The notes under the pieces were generated by a model. It saw only the letters and a program-made list of their open reading frames with translations, was not told where the DNA came from and did not search any database. DNA of 64,000 bases from Blastocatellia bacterium (GTDB taxonomy: Bacteria; Acidobacteriota; Blastocatellia; UBA7656): assembly GCA_963765495.1 (NCBI GenBank), contig CAVXWP010000012.1, positions 149,097 to 213,096 of the forward strand, given 5' to 3'. Position numbers and translations under genes: made by a program. This document shows positions 10,573 to 22,975 of the stretch, piece by piece (the stretch's first letter is position 1; every line of letters starts with the position of its first letter).

Positions 10573-11934
10573 ATGAAGCATGTGAAACGGGCGCTGAGCC
10601 TGAACCTCGCCCTGCTCTTTTCTTTCTCGTTTGCCACAGTCGTTCGAGCGCAGGATGCCAACGTAAAGACGCATACGCTCAAGAATGGGATGAAGGTGCT
10701 CGTTCAGGAAGACCATTCCATTCCAAACGTGGCTATGTATATTTTCTATCGCATAGGCTCGCGCAACGAGCGACCCGGAACCACCGGGCTATCGCATTTC
10801 TTTGAGCACATGATGTTCAACGGCGCGAAGAAGTACGGACCCGGCGAGTTTGACCGAACCATGGAAGCCGCGGGCGGGTCCAACAACGCTTACACGAATC
10901 AAAATGTGACCGTTTATCAGGACTGGTTTCCAAAATCGGCCCTCGATTTGATATTCGATCTCGAAGCCGACCGTATTGAAAATCTCAACTTCGATCCAAA
11001 GATGATTTCATCCGAACGCGGCGTGGTGGCAAGCGAGCGGCGCACATCGGTTGACTCTAATAATTTCGGCATACTCGACGAGCAGTTATGGGCGACCGCC
11101 TTTACCGCCCATCCGTATCAATGGCCGGTCGTAGGCTGGATGGTAGACATCGAAAACTGGACGATGGAAGACCTCAAGAACCACTTCCGCATGGGGTACT
11201 CACCCTCGAACGCGACCATGGTAGTGGTGGGCGATGTGAGCGCCGACGAGATATTCAAGGAGGCCGAAAAACATATCGAGCCAATCGCTTCGCACGATCC
11301 GCCGCCAAAGGTGACCACCCAGGAACCCGAACAACTCGGCGAGCGCAGGGTCAATGTCAACAAGTATGCACAGTTGCCCGTCTTGATGGTGGGCTATCAC
11401 ATACCCGAGACATCAAACCCGGATTACTATCCGCTTCAGGTCTTGAAGACGATTCTGTTTTCGGGGCAAAGCTCGCGCATGTACCAGCGCCTTGTCGATA
11501 AAGATCAGCTCGCGCTTTTTATAAACGGCGATTCCGATTTCAGTTTCGATCCTACGCTTTTCATCGTCACGGCGCAGCCGAAAGCGGGCGTCGCTACCGA
11601 TGCGGTCGAGAAGGCCATCTATGAAGAGCTTGATAAAGTGAAATCCACCGGCGTCACCGATCAGGAGATCGAGAAGGCGAAAAATATTCTGCTCGCCAAC
11701 TTCTATCGCCAGATGAAGACGATAAACGGCAAGGCCAATCTGCTTGGCAGTTACGAAGTGTTCTTTGGCGATTACAAAAAGCTCTTCACCGCAGCCGACG
11801 ATTACAGCAAGGTGACAAAAGACGATGTTCGCCGCGTAGCCGAAAAGTATTTCACACAGAAGAACCGCACCGTAGCCACGCTCGTGCCCGAACAGGAAGC
11901 TGCCGGGGCGAAGGCGGAAAGCAGCAGCAAGTAG
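10573..11934 (+). CDS. M16 family zinc peptidase, catalytic subunit
   Basis: HFFEH inverted zincin motif; signal peptide. Confidence 0.92.
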   Translation: MKHVKRALSLNLALLFSFSFATVVRAQDANVKTHTLKNGMKVLVQEDHSIPNVAMYIFYRIGSRNERPGTTGLSHFFEHMMFNGAKKYGPGEFDRTMEAAGGSNNAYTNQNVTVYQDWFPKSALDLIFDLEADRIENLNFDPKMISSERGVVASERRTSVDSNNFGILDEQLWATAFTAHPYQWPVVGWMVDIENWTMEDLKNHFRMGYSPSNATMVVVGDVSADEIFKEAEKHIEPIASHDPPPKVTTQEPEQLGERRVNVNKYAQLPVLMVGYHIPETSNPDYYPLQVLKTILFSGQSSRMYQRLVDKDQLALFINGDSDFSFDPTLFIVTAQPKAGVATDAVEKAIYEELDKVKSTGVTDQEIEKAKNILLANFYRQMKTINGKANLLGSYEVFFGDYKKLFTAADDYSKVTKDDVRRVAEKYFTQKNRTVATLVPEQEAAGAKAESSSK

Positions 11935-11956
11935 AAGGATTGAAGGAGCGAGAACA

Positions 11957-13357
11957 ATGATAAAGCGATTATCCATAATGTCACTGATCGTCTTGTTGAC
12001 GGTTTCGATCATACCGGCCACGAGGGCTGATGACGGTTCTTTGAAACTGCCACCCTACAAAAAGGTCAAGCTAAAAAACGGCGTGACTCTCCTCTTGATG
12101 GAACAGCACGAAGTCCCCATCATCAGTTTCGATTTCATCGTCAAAGCGGGCTCGGTCGCGGACCCGGCAGGCAAAGAGGGGCTTGCCTCGCTTACGGCCG
12201 GACTGCTTCGCAAGGGGACGAAGACGCGCAGCGCCGACCGGCTCTCTGAGGAACTGGACTTTATCGGGGGCCAGCTCAATGCGGATTCGCAAAGCGATTT
12301 CACCGAAGGCCGCGCCGAGTTTGTAAAGAAAGACATAAACAAGGGGCTCGATCTTCTGGGAGACGTGTTGCTGAATCCGACCTTCCCCGAAGACGAAATC
12401 ACAAAGATGCTCGCGCAGCGAATTGACGGCATAAAGGCCGCAAAGGATCGCGCGCAAAGCGTAATCGGCGAGTATTACGCCTCGTATCTTTACGGAAAAC
12501 ATCCATACGGCCAGCCTACCGACGGCGATGAAACGTCTCTGGCCGCGATAAAGCGCGACGATGTAATGAAGTTTTATAAGGACTATTACACGCCCGCAAA
12601 CACGATCCTCGCCGTGGCCGGTGATTTCACGACTGCCGACATGGAGCGAATGCTTACCGACAAATTCGGCGCGTGGCCTGCTCACGAAAGCCCGGCGATA
12701 AAACTGCCTGATGTCACCGAAGTGCAGGGCAAGAAACTGTTGCTGGTTGATAAGCCCGATTCCACGCAGACTTTCTTTATGATAGGAAACTTAGGGATAA
12801 ATCGCACAAACCCCGATCGGGTTTACATTCAGGTGATCAATACGCTTTTTGGCGGGCGGTTCACATCCATGTTGAACTCGGCGCTTCGCATCAATTCTGG
12901 TCTGACCTACGGCGCGAGATCAACCTTTGACGAGCGCAAGGTGGCGGGGCCGTTCACGATATTCTCTTACACTCGCAACGAGACTACCGAGAAGGCGATT
13001 GATATGGCGCTCGATGTGCTGAAGCGGCTTCACGAAAAGGGCATCACCGAAGAGGAGTTGAAATCGGCAAAGAACTATATCAAAGGCCAGTTCCCGCCGC
13101 GCATAGAGACCACCGATCAGCTTGCCTCGCGCATCGCGGCGCTCGAATTTTACGGACTCGATGAGAGTGACATAAACAACTTTTACGCAAAGATTGATTC
13201 GATGACCCTGACGGATGCTCAGCGAATCATAAAGCAGTACTTTCCTGCCGACAATCTGGTCTTTGTGCTCATAGGAAAAGCGAGCGAGATACAGCCGATT
13301 GTGAAGAAGTACGCGACCAAAATGGATGCGAAATCAATAAGCGACCCGGGGTTTTGA
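11957..13357 (+). CDS. M16 family peptidase, non-catalytic partner subunit
   Basis: M16 fold motifs (LR..GLTYG) without HxxEH; tandem with the catalytic subunit. Confidence 0.88.
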   Translation: MIKRLSIMSLIVLLTVSIIPATRADDGSLKLPPYKKVKLKNGVTLLLMEQHEVPIISFDFIVKAGSVADPAGKEGLASLTAGLLRKGTKTRSADRLSEELDFIGGQLNADSQSDFTEGRAEFVKKDINKGLDLLGDVLLNPTFPEDEITKMLAQRIDGIKAAKDRAQSVIGEYYASYLYGKHPYGQPTDGDETSLAAIKRDDVMKFYKDYYTPANTILAVAGDFTTADMERMLTDKFGAWPAHESPAIKLPDVTEVQGKKLLLVDKPDSTQTFFMIGNLGINRTNPDRVYIQVINTLFGGRFTSMLNSALRINSGLTYGARSTFDERKVAGPFTIFSYTRNETTEKAIDMALDVLKRLHEKGITEEELKSAKNYIKGQFPPRIETTDQLASRIAALEFYGLDESDINNFYAKIDSMTLTDAQRIIKQYFPADNLVFVLIGKASEIQPIVKKYATKMDAKSISDPGF

Positions 13358-13422
13358 CAGGATTAACAGGATTTTTTTAGGATTCAACAAGATTTCTTTT
13401 TCATCTTGTTGAATCCTGTCTA
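13356..13422. repeat. Nonamer tandem-repeat palindrome (ACAGGATTA-like...AATCCTGT)
   Basis: gacaggattaacaggatt...caacaagatt ... atcttgttgaatcctgtc. Confidence 0.75.
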
Positions 13423-13460
13423 AAGCCTTTTTACGCATCGATGAAGTTAAGGGAAAAATC

Positions 13461-15530
<2,070 letters not shown>

Positions 15531-15547
15531 GATCAGCGATTCGGAAT

Positions 15548-15646
15548 AGGCCACGGATGCCACGGATTAGACGGATTTACGCGGATTTGGCTCTTTATGA
15601 TCTAATCCGCGTAAATCCGTCGCATCCGCGTTTATCCGTGGCCTAT
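15548..15646. repeat. Nonamer tandem-repeat palindrome (CACGGAT...ATCCGTG family)
   Basis: taggccacggatgccacggattagacggatttacgcggatt ... aatccgcgtaaatccgtcgcatccgcgtttatccgtggccta. Confidence 0.85.
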
Positions 15647-15810
15647 TTATGATTACGCTACTTTGGACCTTCGTTTGTACCACTCCTGCGCATTTCGATT
15701 TAGAGCCTGACTCTCACGGTGCGAGTAACTGGTCTCCTCTCAATCACTCCTGTTATGCTGATTTTTTCGGGCCACGCCCGACAATCTCAATTTTTAGATC
15801 AGCTTTTCCT

Positions 15811-16320
15811 ATGAAGAAAGATCGTATCGTCACCGTAAATGACCTCATGCAACAGGGCTATGTTTACCTTCTGTCCGAACCTGCGGGGCGAAATTTTCAT
15901 CCTGATTTTCATCCTGAACTTACTCCGAAACAGATGCTCAGGCTCGGCGTGTTCGGTGGAAAATATATGACCGATTGCAAGGATGAGTTTCCTCCCGACT
16001 GGTTCGAGCACGCCCGATTGTGCTGTGAGCGTCACGACCCGGAATTAAATTACTTTGGCGTTAACGCTTCAAAACCTTTATCCTACTGGCGAAAGAAGGG
16101 CTGGATTTATCACGAAGACCCTCGCGGCTGGTTTCAGTGGTATTGCCGTTATTACATGGGCCGCAGATGTCACGATGATGAGCGTCAAATAAAACGATGG
16201 CGCGCTATTCGAAGACACGTCGCGCAATTAAAGAAGAACTGCCCCGAAGGCGACATGGATTGCCGCCCTAAACAAAGACAAGCATTGCTTCACTGGGCTT
16301 ACGATTCGCGGAAGTTATAA
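15811..16320 (+). CDS. Conserved hypothetical protein (TPxxMLxLGVFGGxY / DPRGWFQWYCRYY family)
   Basis: ATG 15811; Trp/Tyr-rich conserved-looking motifs ending RQALLHWAY. Confidence 0.75.
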   Translation: MKKDRIVTVNDLMQQGYVYLLSEPAGRNFHPDFHPELTPKQMLRLGVFGGKYMTDCKDEFPPDWFEHARLCCERHDPELNYFGVNASKPLSYWRKKGWIYHEDPRGWFQWYCRYYMGRRCHDDERQIKRWRAIRRHVAQLKKNCPEGDMDCRPKQRQALLHWAYDSRKL

Positions 16321-16405
16321 GAGAAGTTATAAGCTATAAGCAGTAACGCGGGCCTGTACGACTCGATGCGAGTCAAAAGATTAAAGCAGCCGGAACGGAA
16401 AAATT

Positions 16406-18814
16406 ATGGCTGAAGACGAATCCTCCGAGCAACAGATCAGGAAATTGGCCGAGCATGTAAAGCGGCTTGAAAACATGCTGCGTGAACAGACCGCGCGGCT
16501 TTACGCGCTCGAACAGCATTTCGGGCTAACCTATCGCTTCAACCAGCCCGAAGCGCCCAAACCCGCGTATCCGCCCGAATCGGTTTTAAGGCCGCCCGCG
16601 CCTCCGGTTGAAACGCCGCCTCAACCCACAATATCGGGCGAGCCTCGGACGCCTCCTCCTCCCACGGTCCACCCTCAATCGCCGCGCATTCAGCCGCCTT
16701 ACGCTCAACCCCCTTTTCCTCCACCGCCGCGCCCCCAGACGCCGCCACCTTCGGGCGCGCAGGCGCGAGCGCGCGGAAGTCTTGAAAATCGCATAGGCGG
16801 TCGCCTCCTGCTCTGGATAGGCATTTTGGCCATCGCGTTTGGCGTGGCCTTTTTTCTCAAACTCGCTTTTGAAAATGAATGGATCGGCCCGACAGGACGC
16901 GTCATGATAGGCGTGGTAATCGGGCTGGGCTTTTTGATCGGAGCCGAGCGGCTGAGAGCGCGCTACCCGGCCTATGCCTACGGGCTTACGGGCGGCGGCA
17001 TCCTGATTCTTTACATGTCGTTTTTCGCCTCCTCCGCGCGGTACGAGTTGATACCGCGACCGGTGGCCTTTCTTTTGATGGCGCTTGTTACGGCGACCGC
17101 CGCGCTGCTTGCGGCCCGCTACAACGCGCTTGCGATAGCGATACTCGGGTTGATAGGCGGCTTCCTCACGCCCGTTCTGCTTTCAACAGGGGTGGATAAT
17201 GAGGCGGGTCTGTTCGGCTACATCGCGTTGCTCGATCTGGGAGTGCTTGCGCTCGCTTATTCCAAACACTGGCGCAGTCTCAACTATCTGGCGTTTTCGG
17301 CTACGGTGCTGATGTTTGCCGCGTGGATGTTTACGTGGTACGAGCCGTATAAGCTCTGGACCACATTTGGATTTCTCACGCTCTTTTTTGCGATATTCGC
17401 GTTGCTCGCCGTCCTGTATAACGTGATCAATCGACGGCCCACGGGGTGGTTCGATCTGGCACTGGTATTTCTCAACGCCCTGATCTATTTCTTCACAAGC
17501 TATGATCTTCTCGACGACCGCTATCGCGCTTATCTGGGACTCTTTGCGGTGCTGGTCGCGGCCTTTTATCTCGCGCTCGGATACTTTGCCTACGAGCGCG
17601 ACCGCCAGGATAAACTGCTGGTTTATACATTTATCGGGCTGGCAGTTCTGTTTCTGGTGCTTGCGGTGCCGATTCAATTCCATCAGCGATGGGTGACTAT
17701 AGGATGGGCGGTCGAAGGCGCGGTGATGACCTGGGTGGGCTTGCGCGCAAAGGATCAAACATCGCGTGTAGCGGCGCTTGTTGTGTTCCTTATCGGCGTT
17801 ACTCACTGGTTGCTGATAGACGTTAGCGATTACGGCTATCCTTCAAACGCGGACTTCACGCCGTTTTTGAACAGCCGCGCTCTATCGGCCGCCGTGTTGA
17901 TAGTTGCGCTCGCGGCAGCCGCGTTGTTTTACAAACGATATCAATCCGAGGTCAAAGAAAAGGAGGACGCGATATTCCCATCCATCTACATACTTGCGGC
18001 AAATCTGCTTGCCGTAACATTGCTGAGCCTGGATGTGAATGATTATTTCGAGAAGGCAATCGCGGCCTCCGCCGGTCAGTCGACGCAGGAAATCATCAGG
18101 GCGCAAATCGACAGCACGAGGCAATTCGCGCTCACTACGCTATGGATCGTCTATGCCGGGATGGCGATGTTTATAGGCTTTTTGCGCGGCCAGATGCTTG
18201 TCCGCGTGAGCGCGCTTATCCTGCTCGGGCTGGCGGCGCTGAAAGCCGTGTTGATCGATTTACAATACTATGACGCGCAGTGGCATACGCCTGTGCTCAA
18301 TCAAACCTTCGCCGTGTTTGCCTTGCTGGTTCTGGCCATAGCGACCGGAGCATGGTTTTACGATAAGGCCGAGAACGTAGGCGATGAAGAAAGAAGCGTA
18401 GCCTCGCAGTTGCTTATAGTCGCGGGCAATCTGCTTGCGGTGATCGCTTTGAGCGCCGAAGCTCTCGGCTACTACGATGTGAAGATCGCGCGCGGCGACA
18501 TAATCGCAAACAACGTTCGCGACCTCAGCCTTGCCCGTCAGCTTTCGCTTTCGGTGATCTGGGCTCTATACGCCGGAGGGATGCTGGTTACAGGAATATT
18601 GCGCGAAAAACTCGCGCTGCGAGTGATGGCGCTTTTGCTCTTTGGGCTCACTATAGCAAAAGTCTTTTTCATAGACCTCGCCTCGCTCGACCGGATCTAT
18701 CGGATCATCTCTTTCATAGTGCTTGGCGCGATACTGCTCGCGGTCTCGTTCCTCTATCAACGATTCCGGCAGCAGACCGAAGCGGCAGACGCCGCCGCCG
18801 AATCTGATGCGTAA
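16406..18814 (+). CDS. DUF2339-type multi-pass membrane protein
   Basis: Pro-rich linker, LENRIGG.LL.WIG, KVFFIDL..L..IYRIISFI C-terminus. Confidence 0.85.
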   Translation: MAEDESSEQQIRKLAEHVKRLENMLREQTARLYALEQHFGLTYRFNQPEAPKPAYPPESVLRPPAPPVETPPQPTISGEPRTPPPPTVHPQSPRIQPPYAQPPFPPPPRPQTPPPSGAQARARGSLENRIGGRLLLWIGILAIAFGVAFFLKLAFENEWIGPTGRVMIGVVIGLGFLIGAERLRARYPAYAYGLTGGGILILYMSFFASSARYELIPRPVAFLLMALVTATAALLAARYNALAIAILGLIGGFLTPVLLSTGVDNEAGLFGYIALLDLGVLALAYSKHWRSLNYLAFSATVLMFAAWMFTWYEPYKLWTTFGFLTLFFAIFALLAVLYNVINRRPTGWFDLALVFLNALIYFFTSYDLLDDRYRAYLGLFAVLVAAFYLALGYFAYERDRQDKLLVYTFIGLAVLFLVLAVPIQFHQRWVTIGWAVEGAVMTWVGLRAKDQTSRVAALVVFLIGVTHWLLIDVSDYGYPSNADFTPFLNSRALSAAVLIVALAAAALFYKRYQSEVKEKEDAIFPSIYILAANLLAVTLLSLDVNDYFEKAIAASAGQSTQEIIRAQIDSTRQFALTTLWIVYAGMAMFIGFLRGQMLVRVSALILLGLAALKAVLIDLQYYDAQWHTPVLNQTFAVFALLVLAIATGAWFYDKAENVGDEERSVASQLLIVAGNLLAVIALSAEALGYYDVKIARGDIIANNVRDLSLARQLSLSVIWALYAGGMLVTGILREKLALRVMALLLFGLTIAKVFFIDLASLDRIYRIISFIVLGAILLAVSFLYQRFRQQTEAADAAAESDA

Positions 18815-18932
18815 AAGCTCAGACCGGATCAACAAGATTCACAGTATTTCTTAAATGCGGCCGTTTGTGATTGGCGCGGGTCGTATGTATCATTGGGTTA
18901 CTGAAAATCAAAGCGACTACGAAGGAGCAAAG

Positions 18933-19976
18933 ATGTTTCACCGATTGAATTCTTTTCGCATGATTATTCTGATAACGATTCTGGGGTTGCTGATTATGTC
19001 TGTTCCGACAGGAATCTCTTACGGTCAGGATAGCAAATCCGACCATGTCTTCAGGCTGGTGATCCACGGCGGGGCGGGCACGATTCTAAAAAGCCACATG
19101 ACACCCGAACTTGAAAAGGCATACACAGACAAGCTGACCGAGGCTTTAAATACCGGCTACGATATCCTGAAGAAAGGCGGGACGAGCCTCGATGCCGTAG
19201 AGGCTTCGATCAGGATTCTCGAAGATTCGCCCCTGTTTAACGCGGGCAAAGGGGCCGTATTCACGGGCGAGGGGACCAACGAACTCGATTCTTCGATAAT
19301 GGACGGGCGAACGCTCAGCGCGGGCGCGGTGGCGGGCGTCAAGCACATAAAAAATCCGATAAGCCTTGCGCGACTCGTGATGGAAAAATCCCCGCACGTT
19401 ATGATGGTCGGCACCGGGGCCGAAGCTTTTGCTTCCGAGCACGGCATCCAGATGGTGGATGAAAAATACTTTTACACCGAGAAGCGGTGGAAAGAGTTGC
19501 AGCACGAAAAGCAGATGGAAAAAGAGAAGAAACCCGAAAAGCCCGAACCGCCCGACAAGAAATTCGGAACCGTCGGTTGTGTGGCCCTCGACAAACGCGG
19601 AGACCTCGCCGCGGGCACATCTACCGGCGGCATGACAAACAAGAAGTTCGGTCGCGTAGGCGATTCTCCGATCATCGGCGCGGGCACTTACGCTAATAAT
19701 AAAACGTGCGCCGTATCGGCTACCGGGCACGGCGAATACTTCATCCGCCTCGGCATAGCCCGCGACATCTCCGCGATGATGGAATACAAAGGCGTGTCCT
19801 TGAAGACGGCAGCCGAGGCCGTGATTATGGACAAGCTGACCGCGCTTGGCGGAACAGGCGGCGTCATAGCCATAGACAAAGACGGCAATATAGCGATGCC
19901 CTTCAACACGGACGGAATGTATCGCGCCTATATCGACGACAACGGCAAGCCTGTGGTGAAAATTTACAAGGATTGA
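18933..19976 (+). CDS. iaaA: Isoaspartyl peptidase/L-asparaginase (Ntn hydrolase), exported
   Basis: IHGGAG, GTVGCVA nucleophile Thr, GRVGDSPIIGAG; SD AAGGAG. Confidence 0.9.
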   Translation: MFHRLNSFRMIILITILGLLIMSVPTGISYGQDSKSDHVFRLVIHGGAGTILKSHMTPELEKAYTDKLTEALNTGYDILKKGGTSLDAVEASIRILEDSPLFNAGKGAVFTGEGTNELDSSIMDGRTLSAGAVAGVKHIKNPISLARLVMEKSPHVMMVGTGAEAFASEHGIQMVDEKYFYTEKRWKELQHEKQMEKEKKPEKPEPPDKKFGTVGCVALDKRGDLAAGTSTGGMTNKKFGRVGDSPIIGAGTYANNKTCAVSATGHGEYFIRLGIARDISAMMEYKGVSLKTAAEAVIMDKLTALGGTGGVIAIDKDGNIAMPFNTDGMYRAYIDDNGKPVVKIYKD

Positions 19977-20124
19977 GCATCGCCGCAAAAACCGTGACTG
20001 CCGGATAAATGCTTTGCGAGCCCGGCGTCTTAGTAAGCGACAGGTTCTCGCAAAGACGCTGAGTACGCTAGGCTCGCAAAGCTTTTCCTGAGAATCGAAT
20101 TATCCTGCTTACACACATCCTAGT

Positions 20125-21645
20125 ATGCCGACAATCTCGCCTCAAGCCGCCGCGCCGCCCATCGTGCTTGCGATTGATCTGGGAACCTCATCCGCAAGAG
20201 CCATTCTCTTCGACGGACGGGGCCGAAAGATTCAGGGGGCCGATTCTCAAATTCACTATCGGATGGACACGACCGACGACGGGGGAGTCGAGATCGACGC
20301 CGACCGGCTTGTCGAAATAGTTGCGCTCGCAGTTGACGGTCTTCTTACAAAAACCGAAGGTTTGAGGATCGAAGCGGTTGCGGTTTCTACGTTCTGGCAC
20401 TCGCTTATGGGTGTTGACGACCGGAACAAAGCCGTGACTCCGCTCTATAGCTGGAACGATACGCGGGCATCGGTCGCCGCTCAAAAACTCAAGCTGGATA
20501 TTGATGAGAGCAGCCTTCACGCGAGGACCGGCTGCGTGCTGCACGCGAGCTACTGGCCTGCCAAGATCACGTGGCTCCGCGAGTCGGACGGAGAACTGTT
20601 CGGGCGCATAAGCCGGTGGATTTCTATAGGCGAATACTTTTACCTGTGCCTGTTCGGCCAGGCTGTTTCGAGCATCTCGATGGCTTCGGCTACGGGGCTG
20701 TTCAACCAGAACCGATGCGATTGGGACGAAGAGACGCTTTTACACCTCGCCGTCTCTCGCGATCAATTGTCGCCCGTAGGCGATATGGATGTTCGCTTTG
20801 ACAACCTCACATCCGAATACGGCAACCGCTGGCCTGCGCTCAAAGGCGCGGAGTGGTTTTTGGCCCTGGGCGATGGAGCCTGTAACAACATAGGCGCGGG
20901 TTCGGTGACGGCAGACCGCGCCGCTTTGATGATAGGCACATCGGGCGCGCTCAGGGTCCTGTGGAAGGCCGAGGCGGTCAAGATACCTGCGGGTTTGTGG
21001 TGCTATCGCGCCGACCGTCGAAGGTTCGTGATGGGGGGCGCGCTTTCAAACGGCGGCGATGTTTACGCGTGGATGAAAAATACGCTCAATCTTAAATCAT
21101 CCGAACTTGTCGAAGCGGAAATCGCCGCGATGAAACCGGACGCGCACGGGCTTACGCTGCTGCCGTTTCTTTCGGGCGAGCGGTCTACGGGGTGGCGCGA
21201 CGATGCGCGGGCGGCAATCACAGGGATAGGTCTTGATACTTCGCCGATTGAGTTGCTGCGAGCAGGGCTTGAATCGGTGGCGTATCGCTTCGCGGCCATC
21301 TATGATCTGCTTGTGAAAGAGGTGGGCGAGCCGCGCGAAATCATAGGATCAGGCGCGGCGCTGTTGCGCTCGCCCGCGTGGGCGCAGATAATTAGTGATG
21401 TGATCGGAAAACAGATTATCGCTTCGGATGAAGTCGAGACTTCGAGCCGGGGGGCGGCGCTCGAAGTGCTCGAAGCACTCGGGGCGATTTCCGACATCGA
21501 AGAATTAGAGACCGCGCCCGGACGCCTTTATTCGCCCAATCCTGAACACCACGCGCAGTACCTGAAAGCGCGAGCGCGGCAACAGCGTCTTTATGAAGCG
21601 ATCATCGAGCAACATCCGATGTTTGGATTGAAGACAAGGATCTGA
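20125..21645 (+). CDS. gntK: FGGY-family carbohydrate kinase, likely gluconokinase
   Basis: IDLGTSS, GDGACNNIG, IGTSGALR, LPFLSGERS; upstream of tal and zwf. Confidence 0.8.
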   Translation: MPTISPQAAAPPIVLAIDLGTSSARAILFDGRGRKIQGADSQIHYRMDTTDDGGVEIDADRLVEIVALAVDGLLTKTEGLRIEAVAVSTFWHSLMGVDDRNKAVTPLYSWNDTRASVAAQKLKLDIDESSLHARTGCVLHASYWPAKITWLRESDGELFGRISRWISIGEYFYLCLFGQAVSSISMASATGLFNQNRCDWDEETLLHLAVSRDQLSPVGDMDVRFDNLTSEYGNRWPALKGAEWFLALGDGACNNIGAGSVTADRAALMIGTSGALRVLWKAEAVKIPAGLWCYRADRRRFVMGGALSNGGDVYAWMKNTLNLKSSELVEAEIAAMKPDAHGLTLLPFLSGERSTGWRDDARAAITGIGLDTSPIELLRAGLESVAYRFAAIYDLLVKEVGEPREIIGSGAALLRSPAWAQIISDVIGKQIIASDEVETSSRGAALEVLEALGAISDIEELETAPGRLYSPNPEHHAQYLKARARQQRLYEAIIEQHPMFGLKTRI

Positions 21646-21724
21646 GCGCGGCTCGCCACAGACCGAAGCGGGAACGGGCGGTCTTGCGGCGACGGCTCAG
21701 CACTCAATTAAGGAAGGAAAAATT

Positions 21725-22900
21725 ATGGCTAATAACCCTCTTGTAGAATTGACGAAATCAGGCCAGTCCGTCTGGCACGACAGCATCTCGCGGAGCTTTA
21801 TGGCATCGGGCGAGTTAAAACGCCTGATAGACGAAGACGACCTGCGCGGGGTCACATCAAATCCGGCTATATTCGAGAAGGCCATCAGCGGCTCGGACGA
21901 TTACCTCGAACAGGTGCGCGAACTGGCCGAACAGGAAAAAAACGCTACGGAAATATATGAGGCGCTCGCCGTACAGGATATTCAGGCGGCAGCCGATGTG
22001 CTCGCGCCCGTCTATGATAAGACCGGCGGCATCGACGGCTACGTGAGCCTCGAATGTTCGCCCTTTCTCGCCCACGATACGCAGGGAACCATCGATGAGG
22101 CAATCAGATTGTGGAAGTGGGTAGACCGCAAAAACGTGATGATCAAGATACCGGGCACGCCAGAAGGAATGCCCGCAATCGAAGAGTGCCTCTATCAGGG
22201 GCTCAACATAAACATCACGCTGCTGTTTTCGCTCGACGCCTACCGCGAAACCATCGAAGCCTATATGCGCGCGCTCGAACGCCGCGTCGGCGAAGGCAAA
22301 CCTATCGACTCGATCGCTTCGGTCGCGAGTTTCTTTGTCAGCCGCATAGACACTGCCGTGGATAAACGGCTCGAAGAAAAGCTTGCCGCTGTTTCAAGCG
22401 AAGAGGAGAAAGAGAATCTTCGCGGGCTTGAGGGCCGCATCGCCATCGCAAACGCAAAGATGGCTTATGAGGTCTTCAAGGAAGAGTTTGGTGGCGACCG
22501 TTTTCAGAAGCTCCGCGAACACGGCGCTAAGGTGCAGCGCCCGCTGTGGGCTTCTACTTCGACCAAGAACCCCGAGTACAGCGATGTCTATTATGTAGAG
22601 GCGCTGATAGGCCCGGACACGGTTGACACCCTGCCGCCTGAAACGATCAAGGCATTCCGCGATCACGGAAAAGTCGCGCGCACTCTGGATGCAAACCTCG
22701 ATGAGGAGCGCGCTATACTTGCGCGGCTCGAAGCCGCCGGTATCAGTCTCGAGGATGTCACCGATCAGGTGCTTGCCGAAGGCGTGGCGAAATTTGCCGA
22801 GCCGTTTGAAAAACTCCTTAACGCCATTCGCGCTCGACGCGACGAAGTGGTCGCCGAACGCGGACGTTCCGCTCAAGGCTCAACCGGCCAGGGCGACTGA
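21725..22900 (+). CDS. tal: Transaldolase
   Basis: GVTSNPAIF, MIKIPGT, SFFVSRID, RPLWAST. Confidence 0.95.
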   Translation: MANNPLVELTKSGQSVWHDSISRSFMASGELKRLIDEDDLRGVTSNPAIFEKAISGSDDYLEQVRELAEQEKNATEIYEALAVQDIQAAADVLAPVYDKTGGIDGYVSLECSPFLAHDTQGTIDEAIRLWKWVDRKNVMIKIPGTPEGMPAIEECLYQGLNINITLLFSLDAYRETIEAYMRALERRVGEGKPIDSIASVASFFVSRIDTAVDKRLEEKLAAVSSEEEKENLRGLEGRIAIANAKMAYEVFKEEFGGDRFQKLREHGAKVQRPLWASTSTKNPEYSDVYYVEALIGPDTVDTLPPETIKAFRDHGKVARTLDANLDEERAILARLEAAGISLEDVTDQVLAEGVAKFAEPFEKLLNAIRARRDEVVAERGRSAQGSTGQGD

Positions 22901-22903
22901 TTT

Positions 22904-22962
22904 AGGGATGAGGGATGAGGGATGAGGGATGAAAAGGAAGTGGGTTCATCCTTTATCCTTCC
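22904..22962. repeat. Heptamer tandem repeat (AGGGATG)4 with short inverted partner
   Basis: agggatg x4 then ttcatcctttatcctt. Confidence 0.8.
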
Positions 22963-22975
22963 TTCAGATTTATCT

